Assembly (NCBI GenBank): GCA_963820525.1
Contig: CAWGAA010000002.1
Location: 512,001-576,000, forward strand
Reading direction: 5' to 3'
DNA: 64,000 nucleotides
Source of the DNA: an uncultured Spirochaetota bacterium
Lineage (GTDB): Bacteria > Spirochaetota > Spirochaetia > SZUA-6 > Fen-1364
A program made the position numbers and the translations under genes. Below the pieces are notes generated by a model, which was not told where the DNA came from, ran no database searches, and saw nothing but the letters and a program-made list of their open reading frames with translations. Below, piece after piece: positions 29,681 through 39,298 of this stretch (positions within the stretch are counted from its first letter, which is position 1; each line of letters starts with the position of its first letter).

Positions 29681-29953
29681 CTTAAGCTACCTGTCTTTAG
29701 GCCGCCCTTGACCAGTCGGGCTCGGAGCTAAAGTTTCAATGAGTTTCGATTTGCATGGAATGCTCTGATTGAGTTGTTTAGAAGACAGATATAGAAGGTG
29801 TATCAATCTGGAGTTCCCCCGATTTCGTGGACACCCTGAATTGCACCTGCGTCTCGGTTTCGGGGGGGTATCCAAACACCACCTGCCTTCCGAAAACGCA
29901 ACCACGGCCCTCTACGCGCAAGGCTTTTTCCTCACTCTGGCTTGGATCGTCAA

Positions 29954-30823
29954 TCATGCCGTCTTCCGCTCCTCGAGCTCCTCATATTCGGTCGGTGTGA
30001 GGTAGCCGAGGTACGAGTGAAGCCGCTTGCGATTATAGAAGATCTCCACGTATTCGAATATTGCTCTCCTGGCCTCCTCTCTGCTTCGGTAGATCTTGTC
30101 CCGAATCAACTCTGCTCTCAAGGTCTTGAAAAACGTCTCCGCGCACGCGTTGTCCCAACAGTCGCCCTTACGGCTCATGCTTTGAATGAATCCGTGCCCT
30201 TTGGCAAACTTTTCAAACTGACCGCTGGTATACTGCACACCGCGATCGGAATGAAACAACAGTCCCCGCGGCGGGCGGCGACGAATCGCGGCCATGACTA
30301 CCGCCGTCAGCACCAGCTCGGCACTCAGCTCGCAGCTCAGCGACCAGCCCGCCACTCGACGTGAGTACAGATCCAGTACGATGCATAAATACATCCACCC
30401 TTCGGCTGTCGCAACGTAGGTTATGTCGGACACCCACACGCGATTCGCCGCGGAGGCTTCGAAGTTCCTGTTCACTATGTTTTCGGCCACTTCCTGGCCG
30501 TCTTTCGAGTGCGTGGTCACTACAAACCGCCTCTTCGGCTGCGGCCCAAGGGCATTCTCTCTCATGATTCGGGCAACTCGGTTCTTCCCCACATGCCGCC
30601 CACGCCTCAGCAGTTCTTCCCGCATGCGCGGGCTTCCGTAGCTGTGACGCACCTCGCCCTGGATCTTCCGGATCTGCTCGATCAGCTCCTTCTCCTCGAG
30701 TGCTCGTGCACTCTCTTTACCGTCGAGCCAGGCATAGTACCCACTGCGCGCTACTCCCAATACTTCCGCCATCTTCTCCACGCCGTGGGTTCCCCGCTGT
30801 TTACTCATGATCTGGTACTTCAT
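29954..30823 (-). CDS. IS3-family transposase OrfB (DDE)
   Basis: YGSPRM, WVSDITY, FHSDRGVQY, SRKGDCWDNA..E, YNRKRLHS.LGY. Confidence 0.95.
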   Translation of the reverse strand: MKYQIMSKQRGTHGVEKMAEVLGVARSGYYAWLDGKESARALEEKELIEQIRKIQGEVRHSYGSPRMREELLRRGRHVGKNRVARIMRENALGPQPKRRFVVTTHSKDGQEVAENIVNRNFEASAANRVWVSDITYVATAEGWMYLCIVLDLYSRRVAGWSLSCELSAELVLTAVVMAAIRRRPPRGLLFHSDRGVQYTSGQFEKFAKGHGFIQSMSRKGDCWDNACAETFFKTLRAELIRDKIYRSREEARRAIFEYVEIFYNRKRLHSYLGYLTPTEYEELEERKTA

Positions 30824-31110
30824 CTCGGGGGTCTGGAGAAGATGGCTGTTGCTTTTCTTAGGATGTCCCGTTCCTCACGCAACTCCTTGTTCTCTTTGCG
30901 CAAGGCGGCCAATTCCTCGTCACGGGACCTGCCGTTGCCTGGGAAAGCTCGTGTCCCGTCCTCACTGAATTGCTTCCTCCAGCGGTAGATCTGTCCGCTG
31001 CCGATTCCCAGATCCCGTTCAATCTCATGTCCCGGCTTTGTCCCTGACTCCAGGAGCCGGATGGCATCGAGCTTGAACTCTTTGGTGTATTTCTTCCTCG
31101 TGTCTGCCAT
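30820..31110 (-). CDS. IS3-family transposase OrfA (HTH)
   Basis: RKKYTKEFK, RDLGI...IYRWRK, ERDILRKA; orfB in the -1 frame with ATGA overlap. Confidence 0.93.
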   Translation of the reverse strand: MADTRKKYTKEFKLDAIRLLESGTKPGHEIERDLGIGSGQIYRWRKQFSEDGTRAFPGNGRSRDEELAALRKENKELREERDILRKATAIFSRPPR

Positions 31111-31380
31111 TGCCTTTCCTTACCCCTCTAAAATACTGCTTAACCATGTGTCTATGAAATCGGGGTAGGTCCAATCTCTACCTTGGCAGCTGAAGATCAA
31201 GAGATATTAAAGACAAATAGTGACTTTTATGTCGTGTTCTCTCTGCTATCTTTGGCTACGGTCGCATCCTCAGCATATGCGATGTCTACATGGAACGCAA
31301 CCTTTCAATTCTTCGGCTTGCATTCTAGCCCTTTCTTCCACTAAACTCAACAATTATCAGAAAGCAAGGAGGAAACGTTT

Positions 31381-32370
31381 ATGTCTAAAGGCGTGATTGA
31401 CAGACCTATTCTTGAAACCCCCATCGCGATCATCGACTTCGAGACAACGGGGCTTGCACCTGGGCCAGACCGCGTCGTGGAAGTCTCCGTGGTCCGTGCT
31501 GAACCTGGAAAGGAGCCTGTTCTTGTTCTCGATACGCTAATCAATCCTGATCGCCCTATGGCAGCCACGGAAATCCATGGAATTACAGATCGTGATGTTG
31601 TTGACGCTCCCAGGTTTTTCGAGATAGGCGGCGACTTTATTAGGGCGATCTCTGGCTGTGTTGTTGCTTCCTATAATGTCTATTTCGATATTGGCTTTCT
31701 TACCTATGAGCTTCGTAAAATTAGAGTTGCTTGCGTGCCGCCCCATGTTTGTCTTATGTATTTAAGGCCACTACTTGAAATGGGAAAACGCTGCTCCCTA
31801 TTTACAGCTTGCTGTGAGTCAGGGATCCCGCTTCCTCATGCTCACCAATCCGCCGCTGACGCATTCGCGTCAGCACAACTTTGGAAAATATATCTGAGTG
31901 CCATGGAAGAGCATGGGATGCAGAAGTTCAAGGATCTTTCCCAAAAAAAACAATACAAATTTCTTAATAGTCTTGAAGCGGATCCGCTATCACCGCCAAC
32001 CGAAGCTGAAATGCCCCATCTGGCCAACGTAAAATCACGTTCTGTGAAGATGCAACAAGAGTATCATAGAGGCGGAGCTCAGCCGCCCACACAAACAGTT
32101 GACAGGCATGATGTTATCCACCGTTACTGGAGTGAGCTCACCACAGTCCTCTCAGATTTAGAACTTACTCGTGATGAAGCCAATGGACTCGCCAAGCTGA
32201 GGAATCAACTGAAGTTGACACAAGAAGAAATCAAAGGAATGCATGCTCGCGTTTTTGCGGATCTTCTACTTCTTACGATCGAAGACAGAATCATAAGCGC
32301 TGACGAACAAAACCAGATTCAGCGCCTCTATAGGTGCCTCGCGAAGCTCGGATGGGCACCGGGACAGTAA
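31381..32370 (+). CDS. DEDDh (DnaQ-like) 3'-5' exonuclease with helical TerB-like C-terminus
   Basis: IDFETTG, YNVYFD, HQSAADA; AAGGAGG RBS. Confidence 0.85.
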   Translation: MSKGVIDRPILETPIAIIDFETTGLAPGPDRVVEVSVVRAEPGKEPVLVLDTLINPDRPMAATEIHGITDRDVVDAPRFFEIGGDFIRAISGCVVASYNVYFDIGFLTYELRKIRVACVPPHVCLMYLRPLLEMGKRCSLFTACCESGIPLPHAHQSAADAFASAQLWKIYLSAMEEHGMQKFKDLSQKKQYKFLNSLEADPLSPPTEAEMPHLANVKSRSVKMQQEYHRGGAQPPTQTVDRHDVIHRYWSELTTVLSDLELTRDEANGLAKLRNQLKLTQEEIKGMHARVFADLLLLTIEDRIISADEQNQIQRLYRCLAKLGWAPGQ

Positions 32371-32512
32371 AAGCCATAGTTATCTCCGTACGTGCATCCC
32401 AGTCGTCAAAGTAGGCTTGAGAGATTCACTGTCGATCGATTGACCCTATCGTTGCACTAAATCTGGCGTTTATGTGATGCGGAGGAGCGACTTTATATTA
32501 TAAAGAATTGTA

Positions 32513-32598
32513 TGCCGGAGACGGGACTTGAACCCGTACAGCCCTTGCGGGCCGGGGGATTTTAAGTCCCCTGTGTCTCCCAATTCCACCACTCCGGC
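32513..32598 (-). tRNA. tRNA-Leu(TAA)
   Basis: 86-nt cloverleaf: GCCGGAG acceptor stem, GGGGA-CTTAAAA-TCCCC anticodon arm, long variable arm, GGTTCAAGTCC; CCA not encoded. Confidence 0.97.
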
Positions 32599-32687
32599 GC
32601 ATGGACGTGCAAGGGCGGCCGAGACAAGGATGTCGGAAGGCCGCCCCGACGCATGGACGTGCGCGTGCGCTGCAAGCCAAGGATGGC
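32599..32687 (+). repeat. Cluster of four ANGGA-loop hairpins
   Basis: GCATGGACGTGC twice, GACAAGGATGTC, GCCAAGGATGGC; homologous to 63762-63810. Confidence 0.6.
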
Positions 32688-32913
32688 GGTCTGCGGTGGC
32701 CCGGCGCATTCAACTGATTGCAGTAAAGAGAGTTAGCCGCCCGCCAATTCCTCCAACGTCATGTAGTCTTCCATCGGTTCATCAATGTGTCAAGCTTCCT
32801 ATTGCAGAATCTTGTGATCAAGGATTCATGCCCCACAGAAAGTCTTACCCTATATGTGATTATAGTATATACCCAATGTAGCTACATGATACGGGGGCAA
32901 CGGGAGGAATGCG

Positions 32914-33732
32914 ATGGCAATAAAGGGTGAATGGATTCGCTACGAGGATCAGACAGGCTACTTTGCGGTGCCCGACCGCGCGGCGGAGCCGCTGCCCGCT
33001 GTCGTGGTCATCCAGGAAGTCATGGGGGTGAACGAGCATATCGAGGACGTGACCCGCCGCATCGCGGCGGCCGGCTATGCGGCCCTTGCTCCGGATCTTT
33101 TCGCGGTCGGGGGGGCGCGACCGGCGCCTCTCACGCGGGAGCGGATCGCGGAGAGCATGGCTTTCGGCGCCAGGCTCCCTCCTGGCGCGGCGTTTGACCC
33201 GGCCAGGAGGCAGGAGGCGCTTGCGAAGCTTCCCGAGGCGGAGCGGATTCGAATAAGCGAGACGTACCAGCAGATGTTCGGGTCTGCCGCGCCGGGGCGG
33301 ATGGAAACCCTGGTGGCCCCTTTGAAAACCGCCGTTCGCCACCTGCTCACGCGGCAAAAAGAAACACGCGGGCAGAGGGTCGGCTGCGTGGGCTTCTGCA
33401 TGGGAGGCGGGCTTTCAGCTCTCCTGGCCTGTGAAGAAGAGGATCTCTCCTGCGCCGCCGTCTATTACGGAAACACGCCTGCCCCCGAGAAGATCGCAAA
33501 GGTCCATTGCCCGGTCATCGCCTTCTACGGCGCCGCTGACCAGCGGGTCAACGCGGGCATTCCCACTTTCCAGGAAGGGATGAAAAAGGCAGGCAAACCT
33601 TGCGAGCATCACATCTATGAAGGAGCCGGCCACGCGTTTTTCAATGACTCTGCGCCTTCGTATAACGTGAAGGCGGCCAGGGATTCCTTTTCGAGACTGC
33701 TTGCCTTCCTCCTGAAGAACCTCAGCGGGTAG
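32914..33732 (+). CDS. Dienelactone hydrolase family protein
   Basis: VVIQE..GVN, GY.ALAPDL, GFCMGG, AGHAF. Confidence 0.93.
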   Translation: MAIKGEWIRYEDQTGYFAVPDRAAEPLPAVVVIQEVMGVNEHIEDVTRRIAAAGYAALAPDLFAVGGARPAPLTRERIAESMAFGARLPPGAAFDPARRQEALAKLPEAERIRISETYQQMFGSAAPGRMETLVAPLKTAVRHLLTRQKETRGQRVGCVGFCMGGGLSALLACEEEDLSCAAVYYGNTPAPEKIAKVHCPVIAFYGAADQRVNAGIPTFQEGMKKAGKPCEHHIYEGAGHAFFNDSAPSYNVKAARDSFSRLLAFLLKNLSG

Positions 33733-33740
33733 GCGGGGAG

Positions 33741-34892
33741 GTGAGTCTCCATCGCGAATGCCTTGTGATGGCAAAGCCCGCGGGCCCCCTCTGCAACATG
33801 CGCTGCCGCTACTGCTATTACCTGGGCAAGGAGTCCCTGTTCCCCCGCGGATTGGGCCGGATGGATGACGACCTTCTGGAGAGGTACATCAGCCAGCGGC
33901 TGCAAACCTCGCCCGGGCCCGTCACTCATTTCGAGTGGCACGGCGGGGAACCGACCCTCCTCGGGCTCGAGTATTTCGGGAAGATTGTCAATATCCAGAA
34001 AAAATGCCTCCCGCCGGGACGAACCGTAACGAATGGGCTTCAGACCAACGGCCTGCTCTTGGATGAACAGTGGGCCGGCTTTCTTGCCCGTGAGGAATTC
34101 TCCGTAGGCTTGAGCCTGGATGGCCCCGCCGGGCTTCATGACGTGTACAGACGGACCGCGGAAGGAGCGCCCACCCACGACCGCGTTGTGACAGCCTTCA
34201 GATTGCTCAAAGTGCGCAAAGTCTTTTGTAACGTGCTCTGCGTTCTGCATGCCAAAAACGCATCGAAACCGGATGAGCTCTACGACTTTTTCAAGAGCAT
34301 CGGTGTGACGCATTTGCAGTTCCTTCCTGTCGTCTCTCCCATGGCACGAGGCGGCGTGAGCCCCGTGACAGCCTCACCTGAGGTGATCGGGGCGTTCCTC
34401 TGCAGGATCTTTGATCGATGGATACAGCGGGATGTGGGACGGATCGTGATTCAGAGCTTTGACGAAGCTCTGCGCCCAATCTACGGCGTTCCGCACGCCC
34501 TCTGCGTCCACAGGGAAACGTGCGGAGATGTCGCCGTATTGGAGCACGATGGAGGATTCTATGCCTGCGATCATTTTGTCGATTCCCGGCACTTCATCGG
34601 GAACCTGCGGGAACGAAGCCTGGCCGAATTGGCCTCCGATCCACGGATGATCCAATTCGGCAAAGCCAAAAAAGACTCGCTTCCCCGGGTCTGCCTCGGA
34701 TGTGACGTCCTCTCTTCGTGCAACGGAGGCTGTCCCAAGGACAGGGTGATGATGTCCCCTGACGGTGAGGCCGGGCTGAACTACCTCTGCCCTGCATACC
34801 AGAGGTTCTTCCGCCACAGCAAACCGATCCTCACTCGCCTGGCGGCCCACATGAAGGCGGGACTGCCCCTGAGGGAATTTTCCACCCCGTAA
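33741..34892 (+). CDS. Anaerobic sulfatase-maturase-like radical SAM/SPASM protein
   Basis: KP.G..CNMRCRYCYY, WHGGEPTL, YACDHFV, CNGGCPK. Confidence 0.92.
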   Translation: MSLHRECLVMAKPAGPLCNMRCRYCYYLGKESLFPRGLGRMDDDLLERYISQRLQTSPGPVTHFEWHGGEPTLLGLEYFGKIVNIQKKCLPPGRTVTNGLQTNGLLLDEQWAGFLAREEFSVGLSLDGPAGLHDVYRRTAEGAPTHDRVVTAFRLLKVRKVFCNVLCVLHAKNASKPDELYDFFKSIGVTHLQFLPVVSPMARGGVSPVTASPEVIGAFLCRIFDRWIQRDVGRIVIQSFDEALRPIYGVPHALCVHRETCGDVAVLEHDGGFYACDHFVDSRHFIGNLRERSLAELASDPRMIQFGKAKKDSLPRVCLGCDVLSSCNGGCPKDRVMMSPDGEAGLNYLCPAYQRFFRHSKPILTRLAAHMKAGLPLREFSTP

Positions 34893-35056
34893 GGACTGAT
34901 ATTTCGGAGCGTCGGCTCCGTGAACTGGGTCATTATAGTTCCTCTCGGCGGGCTGGCAAGCGGTGGCGGGACGGCCGAGAATGGGTACAGGCTGGGCGGC
35001 GAGGCGCCCAGTCAAGGCTATATCGTTAATCGCCGAACATAAACGTAGGCTTTTCC

Positions 35057-35893
35057 ATGGACAGCCGTATCATAAGAATAGTGCTCATCGTCTTTCTCAC
35101 GCTCCCTGCGGCGGGCCTCTCCGCCGAAACCTCGACCTATACCATTCAGGAGGGTGAAACCCTCTTCGGCATCGCGAAAAAGATCCAGGTGCCTGTCGAG
35201 GTCCTGTGCGCCTACAATGCGATTGGAGATCCGAGCCGCGTCAAGGCCGGCGCCGTCGTGCGCCTTCCCCGGGCCTACAGCGTAAGGAAGGGCGATACAC
35301 TGTTTTCCATCGCGCGCTCTTTTTCCGTGCCGCTCGACGAGCTTTTGGCCCTCAACAAGATGCGCGAGTCCTCGCGCATCAAGCCGGGGACCAAGCTGTT
35401 CATTCCCGGTCCCAACAGGCAGGCGGCCGCGGCTTCCGAGCAGGTCAAGGGAGGGGAGGATCCCGGGCAGACGCGGGCTTCGTCACGTGCCGCCGCTCAG
35501 GATGGCGCGCCTGCCGTCGCGGACGATGCGAACGAGCGCATTGTCTGGCCTCACCCCGGCAAGCGGGAGCCGTTCTCCGGGAAGATCTCCGGGCTGGTAT
35601 TCCATGGAAACAGGGGGGACAGGGTCGTCTCCGCGAGCGGCGGAGAGGTGAAATGGGTGGGACCATACTGGGGGTGGGGCAAGACGATCATCGTCAGGGA
35701 CGACGGGGGCCTGCTCTTCATCTACGCGGGAAACGAAGACCTGATGGTGAACGTCGGAGACCGCGTGAAGCCCGGAACCGAGATCGCCAGGCTCGGCGCG
35801 AGCCCCCAGGACGGCGCGGCGCGGCTGTATTTCAGCATCCAGCAGAAAAACGGACAGGCCTTGAACCCGGAGAAGTACGTCTCCAGGGGCTAA
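35057..35893 (+). CDS. LysM x2 + degenerate M23 domain protein (NlpD-like)
   Basis: YTIQEGETL and YSVRKGDTL; M23 fold without Zn ligands (RLYF in place of HLHF). Confidence 0.85.
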   Translation: MDSRIIRIVLIVFLTLPAAGLSAETSTYTIQEGETLFGIAKKIQVPVEVLCAYNAIGDPSRVKAGAVVRLPRAYSVRKGDTLFSIARSFSVPLDELLALNKMRESSRIKPGTKLFIPGPNRQAAAASEQVKGGEDPGQTRASSRAAAQDGAPAVADDANERIVWPHPGKREPFSGKISGLVFHGNRGDRVVSASGGEVKWVGPYWGWGKTIIVRDDGGLLFIYAGNEDLMVNVGDRVKPGTEIARLGASPQDGAARLYFSIQQKNGQALNPEKYVSRG

Positions 35894-35912
35894 GATAGGG
35901 GTGAGGGTAGAT

Positions 35913-36905
35913 ATGGGAAGGAACCTGTACAAGGGGGAAGCGGGAGCCTTGGTCGACGTGTTCGAGAGGCAGGAATCTCCCGAAGAGAAGGATCTCCTTG
36001 CGATGTACATCAAGCAGATCGCGCGATACCCGCTGCTCACCGCTGCCGACGAGCAGGAGATCGGGGAGGGGATCCAACGGACCCGGGAAGGGCTCTCCAA
36101 GCTGGACAGGGAGGGCACGGCCGGAAAGATCCAGCGCCGGGCGTTCCTGGGCAAGAAGACCGCCGCCGAAAGGTCCCTGACCCTATTGAAAAACAGGCTC
36201 ATCATGGGAAACCTGAGACTGGTGGTTTCAGTTGCCAAGAAGTACCAGCACCGCGGGGTATCGCTTCTGGACCTGATCGATGAGGGGAATATCGGTCTTA
36301 TCGAGGCCGTGGAGCGCTTCGATTACAGGAGGGGATGCCGGTTTTCAACCTATGGCACCTGGTGGATCAAGCAGGCCGTGATCAAGGCGCTGGCCGAGAA
36401 TGGAAAGGCGATCAAGATCCCCATTCACCTCCTCAACACGATCAAGAAGTGCTTTTCCATTGCCCGCCAGCTTACCCAGGAGCTGGGGCGGGAGCCCAGC
36501 AAGGCGGAGATAGCCAAATACCTCCGCGTCCCCACGTCCAAGGTGGAGGAGCTGATCAACCTCTCCAGCGAGCCGACTTCCCTTGATATGACTGTGGCGG
36601 GGGAGAACCCCACCAAGCTTTCGGACCTCATCAAGGATGAGAACACTGAAGAGCCGTTCGAATCCGCGTTCGCCATCGCGCTCCAGGATACCCTCTGCAT
36701 GGTGCTGGACAAGCTCAATGAGCGCGAAATGCGGATCATAAAGCTTCGATTCGGGCTGGATGGGGAAGGTCCCTTCACTCTCGAGGAGACGGGGAGAATC
36801 CTGGGGATCACCCGCGAGCGGGTTCGGCAGATCCAGGAACGGGCCATCTTCAAGCTGAAGCAGCTTCACCTTTCCCGCGAGCTGAAAGACTTCATGCAGG
36901 TATGA
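35913..36905 (+). CDS. Sigma70-family factor lacking region 1.1 (RpoS-like)
   Basis: NLRLVVSVAKKY, EGNIGL, RFSTYGTWWIKQ, TRERVRQIQ. Confidence 0.9.
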   Translation: MGRNLYKGEAGALVDVFERQESPEEKDLLAMYIKQIARYPLLTAADEQEIGEGIQRTREGLSKLDREGTAGKIQRRAFLGKKTAAERSLTLLKNRLIMGNLRLVVSVAKKYQHRGVSLLDLIDEGNIGLIEAVERFDYRRGCRFSTYGTWWIKQAVIKALAENGKAIKIPIHLLNTIKKCFSIARQLTQELGREPSKAEIAKYLRVPTSKVEELINLSSEPTSLDMTVAGENPTKLSDLIKDENTEEPFESAFAIALQDTLCMVLDKLNEREMRIIKLRFGLDGEGPFTLEETGRILGITRERVRQIQERAIFKLKQLHLSRELKDFMQV

Positions 36906-36949
36906 AGTGATGACTGACCGCCGTCATGCCGATACTCTAGGCGGAAAGC

Positions 36950-36978
36950 TTGACATGCGGCTATGCCGAATTTACAAT
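36950..36978 (+). promoter_or_regulatory. sigma70 promoter
   Basis: TTGACA-N17-TACAAT. Confidence 0.75.
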
Positions 36979-37004
36979 AGGCTTGCATCTCAGAAGGAAA
37001 ATGC

Positions 37005-38240
37005 ATGCTCAACTCCTATGTGATGAGCGGTCTTACTATCGTCACCCCCGATACCGTCATTCCAGCTGGAAGCGTCCAGGTGGATCAGAGGAAGCTCGGT
37101 CGTCTCGGTGGCAAGAGCAAGCACGACATACGCTTCTCCTCGGGATATGCCGCGTTTCCCGCCCTCATCAACCTCCATGACCACTTCAACGGCAACTATT
37201 TGCCGAAGGTCGGTCCCCAGCCGGGGGAGTATTACCTGAACTGGGCCTATTGGGACAAGGATTTCAAGAACTCCCACGTGATCAGGAACGAGCGGTCGAA
37301 GATCAGTGTCGACGATCGCTACTTCCTGAGCGCCTACAAGAACCTCTTCGCGGGAGTCGTGACGGCGAACGATCACTTCCCCCACGAGTTGAACGAGCCT
37401 TTCATCCCGCGCATGCCCATGCGCGCCATCCGCAACTACTGCCTGTCTCACGCCTGCTCCTCCTTCGACCTGAAATGGGGAGACGGGTTCGAGATCGAGC
37501 ACCAGAGGGCGAAGGAAAGCGATTTCCCCTTCATCACCCACCTGGAGGAGGGCTTCGACCCGGAGACGATGAGGGGAGTCGAGACCCTGGATGAGAAGGG
37601 ATGCCTCGACGAGTACGACATTCTCATACACTGTGTCGCTTTCTCCGACGAGGATATCGAGAAGGTGAAGAGGGCGGGGGCCACGGTGGGCTGGTGCCCC
37701 AACTCCAACGTCTTCATGTACAACCTCACCTGCAAGATCAAGAAGATCCTCGCGGCGGGCATCAATGTGGGGCTGGGCACCGACTCGACGGCAACCGGCT
37801 CCGTCAACCTCCTGGAGGAGATGCGCTTCGCCCGGGAGATCTATCGCGCGATGTACGCGGAAGAGCTTTCAGCGCGGACGCTTGTGGACATGGTGACGGT
37901 GAACCCCGCGCGGGCGTTCCGCATGCAGAAGGAGATCGGAAGCCTGTCCGAGGGGAAGCTGGCCGACGTGCTGATCATCCGCCAGACCAGGGACGATCCC
38001 TACGAGTCGCTGGTGGAGCTCAGATTCGAGGACATCGAGCTTCTCATTCAGGAGGGCACGCCCATCTTCGGCGCCAAGACCCATGAGGAGCTTTTCGTAT
38101 CCCGTGAAGCGCAGTGTAAGGCCGTGAAGGTCAAGGGGAGGGACATGCTGGTGAAGGGCGATCCCGCCGCTCTCATGGAGAGGGTGCGCGCGGCGGTCGG
38201 TTTCCGCAAGTTTCTTGATTTCATTCCCCTCGATACATAG
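37005..38240 (+). CDS. Amidohydrolase-superfamily enzyme (deaminase-like)
   Basis: INLHDH, THLEEG, IHCV, CPNSN, LGTDS, GKLAD. Confidence 0.88.
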   Translation: MLNSYVMSGLTIVTPDTVIPAGSVQVDQRKLGRLGGKSKHDIRFSSGYAAFPALINLHDHFNGNYLPKVGPQPGEYYLNWAYWDKDFKNSHVIRNERSKISVDDRYFLSAYKNLFAGVVTANDHFPHELNEPFIPRMPMRAIRNYCLSHACSSFDLKWGDGFEIEHQRAKESDFPFITHLEEGFDPETMRGVETLDEKGCLDEYDILIHCVAFSDEDIEKVKRAGATVGWCPNSNVFMYNLTCKIKKILAAGINVGLGTDSTATGSVNLLEEMRFAREIYRAMYAEELSARTLVDMVTVNPARAFRMQKEIGSLSEGKLADVLIIRQTRDDPYESLVELRFEDIELLIQEGTPIFGAKTHEELFVSREAQCKAVKVKGRDMLVKGDPAALMERVRAAVGFRKFLDFIPLDT

Positions 38241-38263
38241 CTTGTTTCAGGAGCGAAGCGAAA

Positions 38264-39298
38264 GTGCCCAAGCCGATCCAGTATAGAGCCAACTCGATCA
38301 TCTACTTCAAGGGGGACGTGAGCGACAAGATCTTCGTCCTCAACGCGGGAAAGATCAGCCTGAACTACATCGATATCGAGACCGGCCAGGAAGTCCATGA
38401 CCTGATCAAGATGGGAGAGTTTTTCGGCGTGAAGTCGGCTCTGGGCAGGTACCCGCGGGAAGAGACAGCCGTTGTCCTGCAGGACTCCACGGTCATGGCC
38501 ATGACGGTCCCGGAGTTCGAGCTCCTCGCCCTGAAGAACACGCGCATCGTCACCAAGATGATGAAGGTGTTCTCCAACCAGCTCAGGCGGATCCAGCACC
38601 AGGTGCAGAACCTCCTGGCGGGAGACGAGCAGGTCAACCCCGAGACGGGGCTGTACAAGATCGGGGAGTACTACCTGAAGAACAAGCGCTACGCCCAGGC
38701 CCTCCATGCGTACCAACGCTACCTCGTGTACTACCCCAGCGGCTCGTTCGGGGCCGACGTCACGAGGAAGATCGAAATGGCGGAGGACTTCCTCGCCAAG
38801 TACGGGCAGGGGCAGGCGGTGGAAGTACCCCCGTCCCCAGCCCAGGCATGGGCGGCGGCCTCGGAGGCCCCCAAGGGAGGCCAGGGCGGCTCCGGCGGAG
38901 AGCTCTCCGAGCTCGCGCAGCAATACTACAATGCGGTGAGCCTCGTCAGCCAGGAGAAGTACAACGAAGCCTTCAAGGGCTTCAAGAAGATCGCAGAATC
39001 GGGGGGCGACCAGGAATACACGTCGAAAGCCGAGTTCGAGATGGCCAAGTGCCTTTTCTACCTCAAGCAGTTCGACTCCTGCGTGCGCGGCTTCACCTCC
39101 ATCATTCAGAAGTTCCCCAAGCACCCCGAGTTGAAGGAAGCCCTCTTCTTCGTGGGCCGCTCCTATGAGGAGCTGGGAGACAAGGCCAAAGCCGGCGGCC
39201 TGTACAAGAAGATCCTCACGATGGCCCCCGAAGACGACCCTGTTGTCCGACGCGCCAGGAAGGCGTTGAAAGCCATGGAGGGAGGAGAAAAGGCGTGA
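38264..39298 (+). CDS. cNMP-binding domain + TPR protein
   Basis: IYFKGD, GEFFG...REETA; C-terminal TPR helices. Confidence 0.85.
   Translation: MPKPIQYRANSIIYFKGDVSDKIFVLNAGKISLNYIDIETGQEVHDLIKMGEFFGVKSALGRYPREETAVVLQDSTVMAMTVPEFELLALKNTRIVTKMMKVFSNQLRRIQHQVQNLLAGDEQVNPETGLYKIGEYYLKNKRYAQALHAYQRYLVYYPSGSFGADVTRKIEMAEDFLAKYGQGQAVEVPPSPAQAWAAASEAPKGGQGGSGGELSELAQQYYNAVSLVSQEKYNEAFKGFKKIAESGGDQEYTSKAEFEMAKCLFYLKQFDSCVRGFTSIIQKFPKHPELKEALFFVGRSYEELGDKAKAGGLYKKILTMAPEDDPVVRRARKALKAMEGGEKA

Larger units (their letters stand above)
29809..31173 (-). mobile_element. IS3-family insertion sequence, 1365 bp
   Basis: TG...CA ends, imperfect 26-bp terminal IRs (21/26), 3-bp target duplication ATC, orfA/orfB. 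Confidence 0.95.
23935..32512. mobile_element. Genomic island integrated at tRNA-Leu(TAA), no integrase gene
   Basis: Flanking 57-bp direct repeats, abrupt drop in GC and altered codon usage, accessory cargo. Confidence 0.9.

Noticed and set aside
32445..32460. GTTGCAC after the exonuclease as a fourth attC R' site
   Set aside because: No matching R''/L arms upstream and no similarity to the other attC sites.
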